Shown: positions 39,995 through 51,675, numbered from the stretch's first letter. The stretch: 64,000 nucleotides of DNA from Patescibacteria group bacterium UBA4787 (GCA_002402995.1 DHGX01000004.1:155670-219669), one strand, 5' to 3'. Translations and numbers: made by a program. The notes: generated by a model not told the origin, from the letters alone.

Positions 39995-40962
39995 GTCTCG
40001 AAGAATCTTTCAATTTCTTCCATATTCTGGTTTGCTATTTGGTAGCCCAAATTAATAGCGTCCTCGATAGCTTGATGGGAAAAATCAAGAACCTTGTTTG
40101 TTTCCCGCGTAGGCTCAATAATTAAAATTTGTGTGTTTTTAAACGGATAATAGACTTGTTCCCATATCTTTTTTAATTCCGCGTGTCTTGGCATTAAATT
40201 ATTAACCTGCTCTTCAATCTTCTTAATCAGAAAATATTTTTCTAAATCTTTATTGGTTGTATTATAATTAAGCAGTTCAATGACACGATTTACAAGATCG
40301 TCGGTCGATTTTATGATTCTCGTATTTTCGTGTTCGGGGCGATTAACCCAACCCTCTAGCCTTAACGGTTCGTTAACAATAACCAAAATCTTTTTATAAC
40401 CATTCTTCATAACTGGATAAAGAGGTAAATTATATCGCAAACTACCGTCTCCTAGTTTGCCTAAGTGCGTTTCTGGTAAAGAAAAAACACCTGGAATCGC
40501 CGACGTCGCCAAAAGACACTCAATTAAGTCGTCACGATTTTTGAAATTATCAAAAATAATTGTTTCATTATTTTCTAATCTAATTGCAGTGATAAAAAGC
40601 TGGCCATTAATTTGCTGTAAGGTTTTAAAAACTTCGTCATTAACCTCTCGCTGAAATAATTTTTTTAACTGATCTGTGGAATAAAGCGAACCATCTTTAA
40701 TCGGCGAAATGCCGTTGAACAATAGAATGTCGCTGCGCTTCAAGTTAAGCCAAATACTCAAAAGACGATTAATATTCTTGGTGACAGCCATAACACTGTT
40801 AATTCCTCCGACCGAAGTGCCGGAAGCAGCCACAAACCATTTATCTTGAGGATAAAATACGTCGTAAATTGCTTTCAAAACTCCTACGCCAAAAGCCCCC
40901 TTCGCTCCTCCGCCCTCCCAAGCCAAAGCTACGCCGTTTTTGTTATACTGACAATCGTTCAT
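39991..40962 (-). CDS. Patatin-like phospholipase
   Basis: GGGAKGAFGVG and GTSVGG motifs. Start moved to MNDCQ (40962) to remove the overlap with trmH. Confidence 0.7.
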   Translation of the reverse strand: MNDCQYNKNGVALAWEGGGAKGAFGVGVLKAIYDVFYPQDKWFVAASGTSVGGINSVMAVTKNINRLLSIWLNLKRSDILLFNGISPIKDGSLYSTDQLKKLFQREVNDEVFKTLQQINGQLFITAIRLENNETIIFDNFKNRDDLIECLLATSAIPGVFSLPETHLGKLGDGSLRYNLPLYPVMKNGYKKILVIVNEPLRLEGWVNRPEHENTRIIKSTDDLVNRVIELLNYNTTNKDLEKYFLIKKIEEQVNNLMPRHAELKKIWEQVYYPFKNTQILIIEPTRETNKVLDFSHQAIEDAINLGYQIANQNMEEIERFFET

Positions 40963-40984
40963 ATTAACTATTATTATGTCACAT

Positions 40985-41461
40985 TTAACGCATCCTGCTA
41001 AGATGATAGATGGCGATGCCGCTAGCCACCGATACATTGAGCGATTCCTTTTCGCCATTCATCGGAATTTCTAAAATCGCGTCTGATTGTTTTAATAAAC
41101 TCTTAGCCACCCCCAATTTTTCATTGCCAACGACCAAAACCAACGGAAATTTTGGCTTATAATTAAAAAGAGTCTTACTTTTTTGATTTTTTTCTAAGCT
41201 GACTATGCTAAATCTTTGTTTTTTAAGAATTTCAATCAAACGCCAAGCCTGATTATGATATTCCCATGGTATATTTTTTTCTGCGCCTAGCGCCACCTTA
41301 GAAATTTTTTCATTATGTTTTTGCGGCGTGCCGGTAATACCACAAAGATAAATTTTATCTACGCCAGCGCCATCAGCTGTCCGAAAAATTGAGCCGACGT
41401 TAAATAAGCTGCGAATATTGTCGCAAACTACATAAAACCTTTTATCAATAAATTCAGGCAT
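40985..41461 (-). CDS. SpoU/TrmH-family RNA 2'-O-methyltransferase
   Basis: SPOUT motifs (VVVGNEKLG; ILEIPMNG...SLNVSVA). Confidence 0.7.
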   Translation of the reverse strand: MPEFIDKRFYVVCDNIRSLFNVGSIFRTADGAGVDKIYLCGITGTPQKHNEKISKVALGAEKNIPWEYHNQAWRLIEILKKQRFSIVSLEKNQKSKTLFNYKPKFPLVLVVGNEKLGVAKSLLKQSDAILEIPMNGEKESLNVSVASGIAIYHLSRMR

Positions 41462-41487
41462 AAAGAAACTTAATAATTGGTTTGCGG

Positions 41488-42450
41488 TTAATCCAAGATA
41501 TGGTTGATTATTTTTTGGGCGTAGTTTTTCAAATAAATAAAATTTAACACTTCTGCATTCCCTATTTTTTCTTTTTTGACATAAGAAGTAATCTTGAATA
41601 ATATCTCTGACAGATCTTTTTGATTGTGTCGACCCAAAATAATAGTCGTCGGTCCTGGCACATCTTTCGGGTCTATTAAGGCCATGGATTGTGTAAAATT
41701 TTTATGTAGTAATTTATTATCCATAGCGTTTCGGCCAATCACTAAAATATTATCTTTAAATTTAAAAACGCGACCAGCTTTTAGTAAATTAATTTCTTTT
41801 TGGCCAATCTTTTCCTGAAAATCTAAAAGTAATTTTAATTTTTGACCGTATTCTTTATTGGTCAACAAGCATCCGCCGGCCGGTGTTGGGAAATTCTTAA
41901 TGCCATATTTTTCGGCTAAAGTAAATTGTCTTGCTCGCGAACGCCCTGAAATTCCTTCTAGCTTTGCTCGGTTGATCAAGCCGCTTTTTTCTAGTTCGCT
42001 GGCTCCTAATAAACGAGCGGAGAGTGGACGAATTAATAGGCCTTTCAATCCTGCTTCTTTTTCAATTAAATCTAAAGCCTGCCGATTTTGCGACATCGGC
42101 CTTTCTCCCAAGACTTCACCTGTTGCCACTCCGTCAAATTTCTCCTTACGCATAATTTGCGCTGCCTTTTTAAGCATTAAAAGATGGCAATCAATGCAGG
42201 GATTTAAAGCGTTGCCGTAACCATATCGCGGATTTTTAACAATATTCAATTGGCTTTTAGAAATATCTTTTTCTCGAAATTTTAGTTTCAAAGATGTAGC
42301 CATCTTCTTAGCTATTTGGCTGGAAAAAAAATAACTTTTAAAAAACAGAGCGACTATTTGAACGCCCTGTTCTTCCAATAATTTAGCCGCTAGGATGGAA
42401 TCCAAGCCTCCGGAAAAAAGCAATAAAATTCTCGGTTGATGGAATCTCAT
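41488..42450 (-). CDS. PP-loop ATPase, ThiI/tRNA-sulfurtransferase-like but lacking the THUMP domain
   Basis: SGGLDS PP-loop; ATGEVLGERPMSQNRQAL resembles the ThiI C-terminal region. Confidence 0.5.
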   Translation of the reverse strand: MRFHQPRILLLFSGGLDSILAAKLLEEQGVQIVALFFKSYFFSSQIAKKMATSLKLKFREKDISKSQLNIVKNPRYGYGNALNPCIDCHLLMLKKAAQIMRKEKFDGVATGEVLGERPMSQNRQALDLIEKEAGLKGLLIRPLSARLLGASELEKSGLINRAKLEGISGRSRARQFTLAEKYGIKNFPTPAGGCLLTNKEYGQKLKLLLDFQEKIGQKEINLLKAGRVFKFKDNILVIGRNAMDNKLLHKNFTQSMALIDPKDVPGPTTIILGRHNQKDLSEILFKITSYVKKEKIGNAEVLNFIYLKNYAQKIINHILD

Positions 42451-42698
42451 TAGATATTTAAATATTTACTCGTGAATATCCACAAAATCAGACCCCAAAC
42501 TAAAGACAAAATAAAAATTAATCGCCCGTCTTTCTCCATACCCGGTTCATTCTTAATAACCAAACCGAAGATTAAACCGCCAAAAATCGGATTAATAATT
42601 GCCAATAGATATCCCAAATTAATCAATTTTTTTGTAGAAATCAAAACCTTGTCTACCTTGTCTGGGACTTCGTTTACTCCTCGAACCATATTTATTTT

Positions 42699-42950
42699 TT
42701 ATGATAAAAGATAAACTTCGTCTCCTGGCTCTACTGTTTGATCAACTTTAAAACCGACTTGCATTCCAACGCCGGCTTCTTCTACTTGATTGTGTTCAAC
42801 TTGCATAGACAAAACAATTTGATCAAAATCTGTCGTTACTCCCTTAATTTTAACATTGTCTCCGGCCATAATTTTATTGGAAACATCCAAAACCGCCACC
42901 ATTATCTTTGGGAAATAACGAATGATCTTCCCTACTAATTTTTGTTCCAT
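42699..42950 (-). CDS. Small beta-barrel protein (translation-factor domain-II-like), hypothetical
   Basis: 83-aa ORF; composition and pattern resemble EF-Tu domain 2. Confidence 0.3.
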   Translation of the reverse strand: MEQKLVGKIIRYFPKIMVAVLDVSNKIMAGDNVKIKGVTTDFDQIVLSMQVEHNQVEEAGVGMQVGFKVDQTVEPGDEVYLLS

Positions 42951-42981
42951 AGTATTAAATCTATATTAATTAAATTAAACA

Positions 42982-43077
42982 TTATTATCAAGCGAGCGAG
43001 CGAAATGAGAAACGAAGTTTTTTATTTCCGACCTGTCTCGCCGACGCGAGTCAAGGCGGGGCGAGCGCGGACAACAC
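42982..43077 (+). repeat. Repeat family A copy 2 (~95 bp, two hairpins)
   Basis: Near-identical to 8492-8578. Confidence 0.7.
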
Positions 43078-43092
43078 GGGGTTAAATACCCC

Positions 43093-43773
43093 TTAAATAA
43101 CATATCTACCTCGAGGTTGATCGCCGATAATCATTCCGTGGTCTAAAGTAATCACTCTTTTCTTTAATATATTAACAATTTCTCGGTTATGAGTGACCAA
43201 TAAAACTGTCGTGCCGAATTCATTAATTTTCTCCAATAGTTCAATAATATCGCGCGCGTTGATCGAATCGAGATTGCCAGTCGGTTCGTCGGCGATTAAA
43301 ATCTTAGGCTTATGAACCAAAGAACGCGCAATAACTATTCGTTGCTGTTCGCCGGCTGAAAGTTGAGACGGCCAATGATTGGTTTTATTCTCTAGTCCAA
43401 CAATTTTTAGCAGTTGCGGCACCGCTGATTTTATTTTTTTGGAAGATGCGCCAACCACCTCAAGAGCAAAGGCGATATTTTCATATACTGTCTTTTTTGG
43501 TAATAATTTAAAGTCCTGGAAAACAACGCCGATCTGACGGCGCAAAGCCGGCACTTCGTTAGGCCGAATATCGGATATATCCCAATCGCCGATAATTACT
43601 CGGCCATTTGTTATTTTTTCTTCGCCGATTAATATTTTAATTATCGTGCTTTTGCCCGCGCCAGAACGACCGATAATAGAAACGAATTCGCCCGGTCTAA
43701 TATAAAAATTTATATTGCGCAGAGCATATGTTGATGGCGAATAAAATTTTGTGACATTTACAATTTTAATCAT
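43093..43773 (-). CDS. ftsE: Cell-division ABC ATPase FtsE
   Basis: Walker A GRSGAGKST, ABC signature LSAGEQQR, Walker B. No ftsX follows. Confidence 0.75.
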   Translation of the reverse strand: MIKIVNVTKFYSPSTYALRNINFYIRPGEFVSIIGRSGAGKSTIIKILIGEEKITNGRVIIGDWDISDIRPNEVPALRRQIGVVFQDFKLLPKKTVYENIAFALEVVGASSKKIKSAVPQLLKIVGLENKTNHWPSQLSAGEQQRIVIARSLVHKPKILIADEPTGNLDSINARDIIELLEKINEFGTTVLLVTHNREIVNILKKRVITLDHGMIIGDQPRGRYVI

Positions 43774-43797
43774 AATTTCGCTTAGAATAAGATAGAA

Positions 43798-43870
43798 AGC
43801 CAGCGGTCGGAATCGAACCGACGACCTTCGCTTTACGAAAGCGCTGCTCTACCAACTGAGCTACGCTGGC
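43798..43870 (-). tRNA. tRNA-Thr (anticodon CGU by manual fold)
   Basis: Cloverleaf GCCAGCG...TTCGATT...CGCTGGC; anticodon loop TTCGTAA. Confidence 0.7.
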
Positions 43871-43880
43871 GCCCCTTAAA

Positions 43881-43951
43881 AGCGGGGTACGAGAATCGAA
43901 CTCGCATCTCGTCCTTGGGAAGGATGCATAATACCACTATACTAACCCCGC
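43881..43951 (-). tRNA. tRNA-Gly (anticodon CCC by manual fold)
   Basis: Acceptor GCGGGGT/ACCCCGC, T-arm GCGAG-TTCGATT-CTCGT, anticodon loop TTCCCAA; D-arm is weak. Confidence 0.55.
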
Positions 43952-44003
43952 CTTATTGAAAGAAAATACTAACCTAATTATAGTATAATATTTTTTAGAA
44001 AAA

Positions 44004-45389
44004 TTAAAGCTTTTCTTTCTTCTCGTCCTTTTTATCCGGAACTACTATTAAGCTTTGCGGTTTGGGGGTTTCTTGTTTGACAACGAGAGTTTCTGCCAGA
44101 TTAGACTGGCCATCCTCTTGTTTGTCTGTCGCCTTGATTGTTTGTTTATTTAATTTTTGACTGGCCCTTTTGTCTGCTTTTTCTTTAAGAATTTTTTCTT
44201 TTTCTTTTTCTTCTGTTCTTTTACGACGATGTTCTACGGAAAGCCAATGCTTAGTGGTCTCCTCGATATCATCAAGCTGTTTTGAGAATTTAGTTTTCTG
44301 CCAAAACATCAATCGATCGACCAATAAAATTCCGCTCAGATGGTCTATCTCATGCTGAATAGCTCTTGCCAAAAAATGATCGGCTTTTATTTTAATTTTT
44401 TGTCCGTCTTCTAATTGATAATATTCTAATTCAATGGCCCTAAATCTGGAAATTTTTATATTTAGCCCCGGCAAGCTCAAACACCCCTCTTCCATTCTTT
44501 CGCGTTGCCAACTTGTTTTTAATATTTTAGGATTGATTAAAACCATTGGCCCGTCGCCAATATCTAAAACAATTAATTTTAACAAGATGCCAACTTGGTT
44601 AGCCGCCAGACCACAACCATTATTTTTATACATGGTATAAAGCATATTTTTTGCCAACTTGCGAATGTCGTCATTAATTTCCTTGATCAACTTTGCTTTA
44701 TCGCGCAATATCGGATCGCCATATTTTCTAACGACTAATTGTTCCGTCGGTTCATCGCTTAAGGATGGCTCACATAAAGGCAAAAAACTCTTGGTTGACT
44801 CTGCCATTTGATTTTTTTCAATTTGTTTAAGTGGCGGGTATAAATTCAAAAGCGCGGCCCCGGCCAAACCATATAGTACACCAATAACGATAAATAGATT
44901 GTAAAAATCGAAATAACTAGCAATCAAACCTCCCACCGCGGCCGCAAGCGCCTGGCCGACTTCAACTATCGTGGAATGAAAGGCAATTTGCGAGGCTTGC
45001 TTCCGAACATCCAAATGTTTCACAAAAATAGCATACCAAGTAGGGTATTGAATGGCCGCGCCAAAACCATAAATCACTTCAACAATATAAATCTGCCATG
45101 GATATCGACTAACCAAATAGCCCGCCGTAGCGATCACCGACAGAAAGGCGCCAAATAAAAACCATCTCAAATTTCGCCGATCGCTAGGTTCTGTATCAAG
45201 ATAATCAGCAATAAAAATTTGCGCGATAGCCTTAACCCCAAAGTAAATTGCTTCGGCCACGCCGATAACTAACAAGGTGCCGCCAATAATATTTTGGTTA
45301 ACGAAAATGGCGAAAATCGGCATTATTAAACCATAACCGAACCAATTGAAAAAATCCGCGAAGATAAGGGTTTTGACAATCTTGTTCAT
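44004..45389 (-). CDS. def: Fusion of an MFS-like 6-TM half with a C-terminal peptide deformylase and a K/E-rich tail
   Basis: N-terminal ~200 aa hydrophobic; then GCGLAANQ, EGCLS, HEIDH PDF motifs in a single continuous ORF. Confidence 0.6.
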   Translation of the reverse strand: MNKIVKTLIFADFFNWFGYGLIMPIFAIFVNQNIIGGTLLVIGVAEAIYFGVKAIAQIFIADYLDTEPSDRRNLRWFLFGAFLSVIATAGYLVSRYPWQIYIVEVIYGFGAAIQYPTWYAIFVKHLDVRKQASQIAFHSTIVEVGQALAAAVGGLIASYFDFYNLFIVIGVLYGLAGAALLNLYPPLKQIEKNQMAESTKSFLPLCEPSLSDEPTEQLVVRKYGDPILRDKAKLIKEINDDIRKLAKNMLYTMYKNNGCGLAANQVGILLKLIVLDIGDGPMVLINPKILKTSWQRERMEEGCLSLPGLNIKISRFRAIELEYYQLEDGQKIKIKADHFLARAIQHEIDHLSGILLVDRLMFWQKTKFSKQLDDIEETTKHWLSVEHRRKRTEEKEKEKILKEKADKRASQKLNKQTIKATDKQEDGQSNLAETLVVKQETPKPQSLIVVPDKKDEKKEKL

Positions 45390-45486
45390 ATAAATTATTA
45401 CTGATTCGTCTTATTTTAATCTATTTGCGGCTAATTGTCAAAAATCGCTGGAATATGCTAAAATAAAGTGTGTTAACCCCTATATT

Positions 45487-46080
45487 ATGAAAAAGAAAAT
45501 GTCTATAAAATTCATTGTATGGTTTTTGGTCTTAACGAGCCTTTTGTTTATTAACAATAAACAATCCTTAGGACAAAACCAAGCAACAAATAAAGAAATA
45601 AATATTTATTTTTTTTGGATGGACGATTGTCCTTATTGCGCCAAAGCAAAAGAATTCCTGCCAAAACTTGAAAGCAAATATCCCAATATCAAAATTAAGG
45701 CGTTTGAAATATCTTCCCATAATGATAATTTAAAAGTGATGCAAATTATGGAAGCGGCCTATGGCGCTACTTCCCGCGGTGTTCCCGAATTTTTTATCGG
45801 CGCGAAATATCATCAAGGATTTGAGAGTGAAAAAACCGACGGCCTAACGATCGAACAGATGATACAAAAGTGTCTTGCTAAAACTTGCCCCGACCCATCA
45901 GACGAAACGATTAATTATGTTAATAAATTAAATCAACAAAATAAATTCGCCGGCCCCTATCTGATAGGATTAATTTTATTGGTTATTTTGATAATTCTAA
46001 TCGGGATAATTTCGACTATCATAAAAAATAAAAAGAATAAACAGACTGATGATTCTGAAAAATTAGATCAAACCAAATAA
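45487..46080 (+). CDS. Secreted, C-terminally anchored thioredoxin-fold oxidoreductase (CPYC active site)
   Basis: Signal peptide, WMDDCPYCAKA, C-terminal TM. Confidence 0.55.
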   Translation: MKKKMSIKFIVWFLVLTSLLFINNKQSLGQNQATNKEINIYFFWMDDCPYCAKAKEFLPKLESKYPNIKIKAFEISSHNDNLKVMQIMEAAYGATSRGVPEFFIGAKYHQGFESEKTDGLTIEQMIQKCLAKTCPDPSDETINYVNKLNQQNKFAGPYLIGLILLVILIILIGIISTIIKNKKNKQTDDSEKLDQTK

Positions 46081-46109
46081 GAGGCATTAACCCCATATTT
46101 TATTATAGA

Positions 46110-46773
46110 CTAGGCTAACTTAAAATTATTTATTACCAAACCGAATTTATATCCTAAATATTCGGCTGCTTTTCGACAATAGACCATTCGCTCGGTAAAA
46201 ATTTCAAAATATTCTATAATGGGAATAATTTTTGTTTCTAATTTGATAGTCAAGGTAATGATCTTTTTTGTTTTATCGATTTTCAACTTGGTTTCCGTAA
46301 CAGCGAAATTAACACGATCATGAATATCATTATTTAAACATTTTATATTTTCTTTCCTAACCCTTGAACGATGAACGTCTGATTTATCCGCGATAACCAG
46401 AATAGAAGCTACGCTGCTGTTTAATTTCATTTCTTCTTTGTCGTGATTGGCGATCGCCTGGCAAATAATAGCCAGCTCTTCCGGCGTCATTCTATTCTGA
46501 AATATCTGGTGAAACAAAAGAGCGCCCCAATAATGATGCTGTAATCTGCCTAAAAAATTTCCCATATCATGACAGAAGCCGGCAATAGCCACCAATTCCT
46601 GCTCTTCTTTGGTCAAATCCATTTCTTTGGCGATATTTCTGGCTCGATCGCTAACTAAATTAATGTGACGAAAACCGTGCTCGTTATATTCCAGTGCCTT
46701 TAAGGTGCTCTCTGACTGGTTAATAAATTCTAGAACTTGTGGGTTATTTTTTATTTCAGAAAATGCAATCATA
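46110..46773 (-). CDS. HD-domain protein
   Basis: AGFCHDMGN motif. Start placed at MIAFSEIK; the ORF-track N-terminal extension reads through a tRNA-like fragment. Confidence 0.55.
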
Positions 46774-46800
46774 TATTTTAAATAAGTTATTAATAATATT

Positions 46801-46862
46801 TGGTAGCGCATAGGAGAATCGAACTCCTGTTTGGTGGTTGACCCAGTATAACAATTTATATA
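46801..46862 (-). other. tRNA-like 3' fragment (T-arm + acceptor 3' strand + CCA) with no matching 5' half
   Basis: rc reads ...CAGGAGTTCGATTCTCCTATGCGCTACCA; no complementary 5' acceptor found nearby. Confidence 0.4.
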
Positions 46863-46934
46863 TACCGCCACAGGGAATCGGACCCTGATTACATGGCTGA
46901 GAACCATGCGTCCTAACCATTAGACGATGGCGGC
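46863..46934 (-). tRNA. tRNA-Glu (anticodon CUC by manual fold)
   Basis: GCCGCCA...GTCT-AATGGTTA-GGAC, CATGG-TTCTCAG-CCATG, CAGGG-TCCGATT-CCCTG, TGGCGGT. Confidence 0.6.
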
Positions 46935-46936
46935 CA

Positions 46937-47035
46937 AAACCTATAAATTGTATACGGGGCAAGGAACCGCCCCTGGCCCGTAGTGAAACGAAGTTTCTAC
47001 CACTGGGCCGTCCTAGTTCACCCCGCTAAATAATT
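46937..47035. repeat. GC-rich multi-hairpin element (family D-like) downstream of tRNA-Glu
   Basis: Hairpins GGGGC..GCCCC and GGCCCG..TGGGCC; shares TACGGGGCA(A)GG and CGTCCT.GTTCAC with the in-frame insert in the ELP3-like gene. Confidence 0.4.
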
Positions 47036-47192
47036 TTGTAGTAAAACTGTACAAATAATATCGCATAAAATTTAACGGGGCAAGCTAAACGAACGCGCCA
47101 TAAATTTGGCGAGATAAATCATAGATGATAGGACCGAAATTAATATCAATTATTGTATCATTTTAGAGCCAAACAAGCAATATATTTTTCCG

Positions 47193-47226
47193 TTCAAAAA
47201 GAGAGGCAAAATTACCTCTCTTTTGT
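47193..47226. terminator. Bidirectional terminator downstream of groEL
   Basis: GAGAGG-caaaatta-CCTCTC with flanking runs. Confidence 0.65.
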
Positions 47227-47279
47227 GTAATATGTAATTTTCTCGCCTCGATTCTCGTTGGCGAAGCGGGTTTCAATGA

Positions 47280-49260
<1,981 letters not shown>

Positions 49261-49310
49261 AATTTTTATAAATTATCTCGCCTCGCTGTAAATTTGGCGA
49301 AACGGATTAG

Positions 49311-49337
49311 TTAGCACCCTGAACATTCAAGTGCTAA
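49311..49337. promoter_or_regulatory. CIRCE (HrcA operator) upstream of groES
   Basis: TTAGCACCC-N9-AAGTGCTAA versus consensus TTAGCACTC-N9-GAGTGCTAA. Confidence 0.75.
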
Positions 49338-49404
49338 TTATAACAACTGTGGATAACTAGCGCAAGAACGAATTTTCCACAGGAAGCAATTTTCCACAAC
49401 AATA

Positions 49405-49432
49405 TTGACAAGCTTGTTGTGGAGTATATAAT
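49405..49432 (+). promoter_or_regulatory. Sigma70 promoter (TTGACA-16-TATAAT) overlapped by the 9-bp inverted repeat CCACAACAA-N11-TTGTTGTGG
   Basis: Consensus hexamers ~30 nt upstream of secG; palindrome at 49392-49420 brackets the -35. Confidence 0.55.
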
Positions 49433-49459
49433 ACTAATCTAACGATATTTTTATTATCT

Positions 49460-49681
49460 ATGTTTGAATATTTAGATATTATCCAAGTTGTCATCTCTGT
49501 CCTGTTGGTTGTAGGGATTTTATTGCAAAACCGCGGTAGCGGACTTTCTTCAGCGTTTGGCGGTAGCGGAGAATTCTTCCAAACAAAGCGCGGCATTGAA
49601 AAAGGAATCTTTATTGCTACTATAGTTTTAGCTGTTATTTTTCTGGGGCTAGGCCTCCTGCGCCTAATTTTGGCGCGTTAA
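49460..49681 (+). CDS. secG: Preprotein translocase subunit SecG
   Basis: Two-TM 73-aa protein with Gly-rich loop typical of SecG. Confidence 0.7.
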   Translation: MFEYLDIIQVVISVLLVVGILLQNRGSGLSSAFGGSGEFFQTKRGIEKGIFIATIVLAVIFLGLGLLRLILAR

Positions 49682-49736
49682 AAACCGGCTAGATTGAACA
49701 CATAATTTAGAATTTTATATATTTTTCATTAAGTGA

Positions 49737-51554
49737 ATGCTATTAATGTTTAAAAAAATAGCGAATTTCTTGCGAATTATTTTTGATGTCTTAAAAAAAC
49801 ATCGGCAAAAAAAAGATAATTCATCGACCGATTATCAAATTATTAAAAATCTTTCTCTGCGAAAATGGCCAAATATCCACCAAGCAAGATATTTGCCTAA
49901 TTTTTTAAATAAAAAAGAAAAGAAAGAAATCCTGATTTGGAGTTGCCTGATTGTTGTTTTAATATTAACCCTACTCGTCCGATTATATTCAAAAAATTTC
50001 GTTACTCAGCCCGCCTCAGGAGGAACCTATGCCGAAGGAATAATCGGACAACCCACCTATATTAATCCCCTTTTCGCCAAATCTATTGATATTGATTATG
50101 ACATCGCGAGAATAATTTTTTCGGGCCTTTTAACGACCAACAAAAGTTTGGAGCTCAAAGATGATTTAGCAGAAAAACACGAGATCAGCGAAGATCATAG
50201 AACCTATAAATTTATCTTGCGCGATAATATTTTCTGGCACGACGGACAACCGCTAACTGTTGATGATGTAATTTTTACTTATCAAGCTATTAAAAACAAA
50301 CAATTATCCAGTCCTTATTATAATAATTTAAAAAATGTTTCTGTAAAAAAACTTGATTCTAAGGCGGTGGAATTTTCTTCCGATCAAGCCTCAAATCTAT
50401 CCCTTAATTATTTCGCTATTGGCATTATTCCCGAACACATCTGGAAAAACATACCGAAAGATAAATATCTTCAAACAGACTACAATCTTAAACCTGTTGG
50501 TAGCGGCCCCTATAAATTTAGGCTATTAACCAAAGATAGTGACGGGATGATAACTTCTTATGCTTTGGAACGAAATGAAAAATTCTATTTAAAAGCTCCT
50601 TATCTTGGCAAAATTAATTTTTTATTTTTTAAAAACTACGACGAAGCAGTGGCCGCCATCAGAGCCAAAAAGATTGATGGGTTAAATTATTCGCCCAAAA
50701 ATCTTGAAGAAAAAACGGTTAATCTTTCATTTTTGAACGCTTATCCTTTGCAAATACCATACTATACCGCGCTATTTTTAAATCCCCGCGCCAACAATTT
50801 TTTGGACTCAAAAACCATTAGGAAAATTCTGGCGTATAATACACCCAAGCAAAACATCGTAGAAGAAGTATTAAATAACAAAGGGCAAATTATAGACGGC
50901 CCCATTCTTCCCGGATCATTCGGCTTCAAAGAAGATATCATAAAATACCCGTACGATCCGACTAAAGCAGAAGCGGTTTTAAAAAACGCGGGATATGTTA
51001 AGAACGGAGATGGATTTTGGGAAAAAGACGGGAAGGCTCTGGAGATAAGTATAACCACCGCCCAGCAACCGGATTTGCAAAAAACCGCCAATATTATTCA
51101 AGGCGCTTGGCAGAATTTCGGGGTCAAAACGAAAGTCATCAGCATGCCCATCGATCTTATACAGAAGGAAATTATTAAGCCGAGGAATTATCAAATCTTA
51201 CTTTACGGAATCATCACTGGTTTTCATCAAGACCCTTATAACATTTGGCATTCGTCTCAAGTAAGCGATCCCGGTATAAATCTCAGCGTTTTCTCCAATA
51301 AAAGAGTTGATGAATTACTAGAAAAAGCGCGCACTTATCCGCTTGAAGACATCAAAAAGAAAAAATATTTCGAATTCCAAGATGTTATTGCCGAAGAAGT
51401 TCCAGCTATATTTTTGTATAACAGCCCTTATACCTATCTTATCAATAATAAAATTAAAGGATTCGCCGCGGAAAAAATTAACGTGCCGGCCGATCGATTC
51501 AATAATATCACCGAATGGTATATTAAAACTAAAAAAGTACACAAAAATCAATAA
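49737..51554 (+). CDS. ABC transporter substrate-binding protein, family 5 (peptide/nickel type), N-terminally anchored
   Basis: N-terminal TM; SBP_bac_5-like pattern throughout. Confidence 0.65.
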   Translation: MLLMFKKIANFLRIIFDVLKKHRQKKDNSSTDYQIIKNLSLRKWPNIHQARYLPNFLNKKEKKEILIWSCLIVVLILTLLVRLYSKNFVTQPASGGTYAEGIIGQPTYINPLFAKSIDIDYDIARIIFSGLLTTNKSLELKDDLAEKHEISEDHRTYKFILRDNIFWHDGQPLTVDDVIFTYQAIKNKQLSSPYYNNLKNVSVKKLDSKAVEFSSDQASNLSLNYFAIGIIPEHIWKNIPKDKYLQTDYNLKPVGSGPYKFRLLTKDSDGMITSYALERNEKFYLKAPYLGKINFLFFKNYDEAVAAIRAKKIDGLNYSPKNLEEKTVNLSFLNAYPLQIPYYTALFLNPRANNFLDSKTIRKILAYNTPKQNIVEEVLNNKGQIIDGPILPGSFGFKEDIIKYPYDPTKAEAVLKNAGYVKNGDGFWEKDGKALEISITTAQQPDLQKTANIIQGAWQNFGVKTKVISMPIDLIQKEIIKPRNYQILLYGIITGFHQDPYNIWHSSQVSDPGINLSVFSNKRVDELLEKARTYPLEDIKKKKYFEFQDVIAEEVPAIFLYNSPYTYLINNKIKGFAAEKINVPADRFNNITEWYIKTKKVHKNQ

Positions 51555-51563
51555 TGTTAATTC

Positions 51564-51647
51564 GGGCGAGTGGCGGAACTGGTAGACGCGCTAGCTTCAG
51601 GAGCTAGCAGGAGTAATCCTGTGGAGGTTCGAGTCCTCTCTCGCCCA
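51564..51647 (+). tRNA. tRNA-Leu (anticodon CAG)
   Basis: Class II tRNA with long variable arm; anticodon loop TTCAGGA. Confidence 0.8.
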
Positions 51648-51675
51648 CTTAAAAAATTATTTAAATGTAATTCAA

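Noticed and set aside
46774-46907. N-terminal extension of the HD-domain ORF (MVLSHVIRVRF...)
   Set aside because: The extension reads through the tRNA-like fragment and the tRNA-Glu gene. The true start is MIAFSEIK at 46773.
46937-47035. A second tRNA next to tRNA-Glu
   Set aside because: The candidate acceptor-like ends (ACGGGGC / GCGGGGT) are not complementary in either orientation. The region resolves into independent hairpins rather than a cloverleaf.
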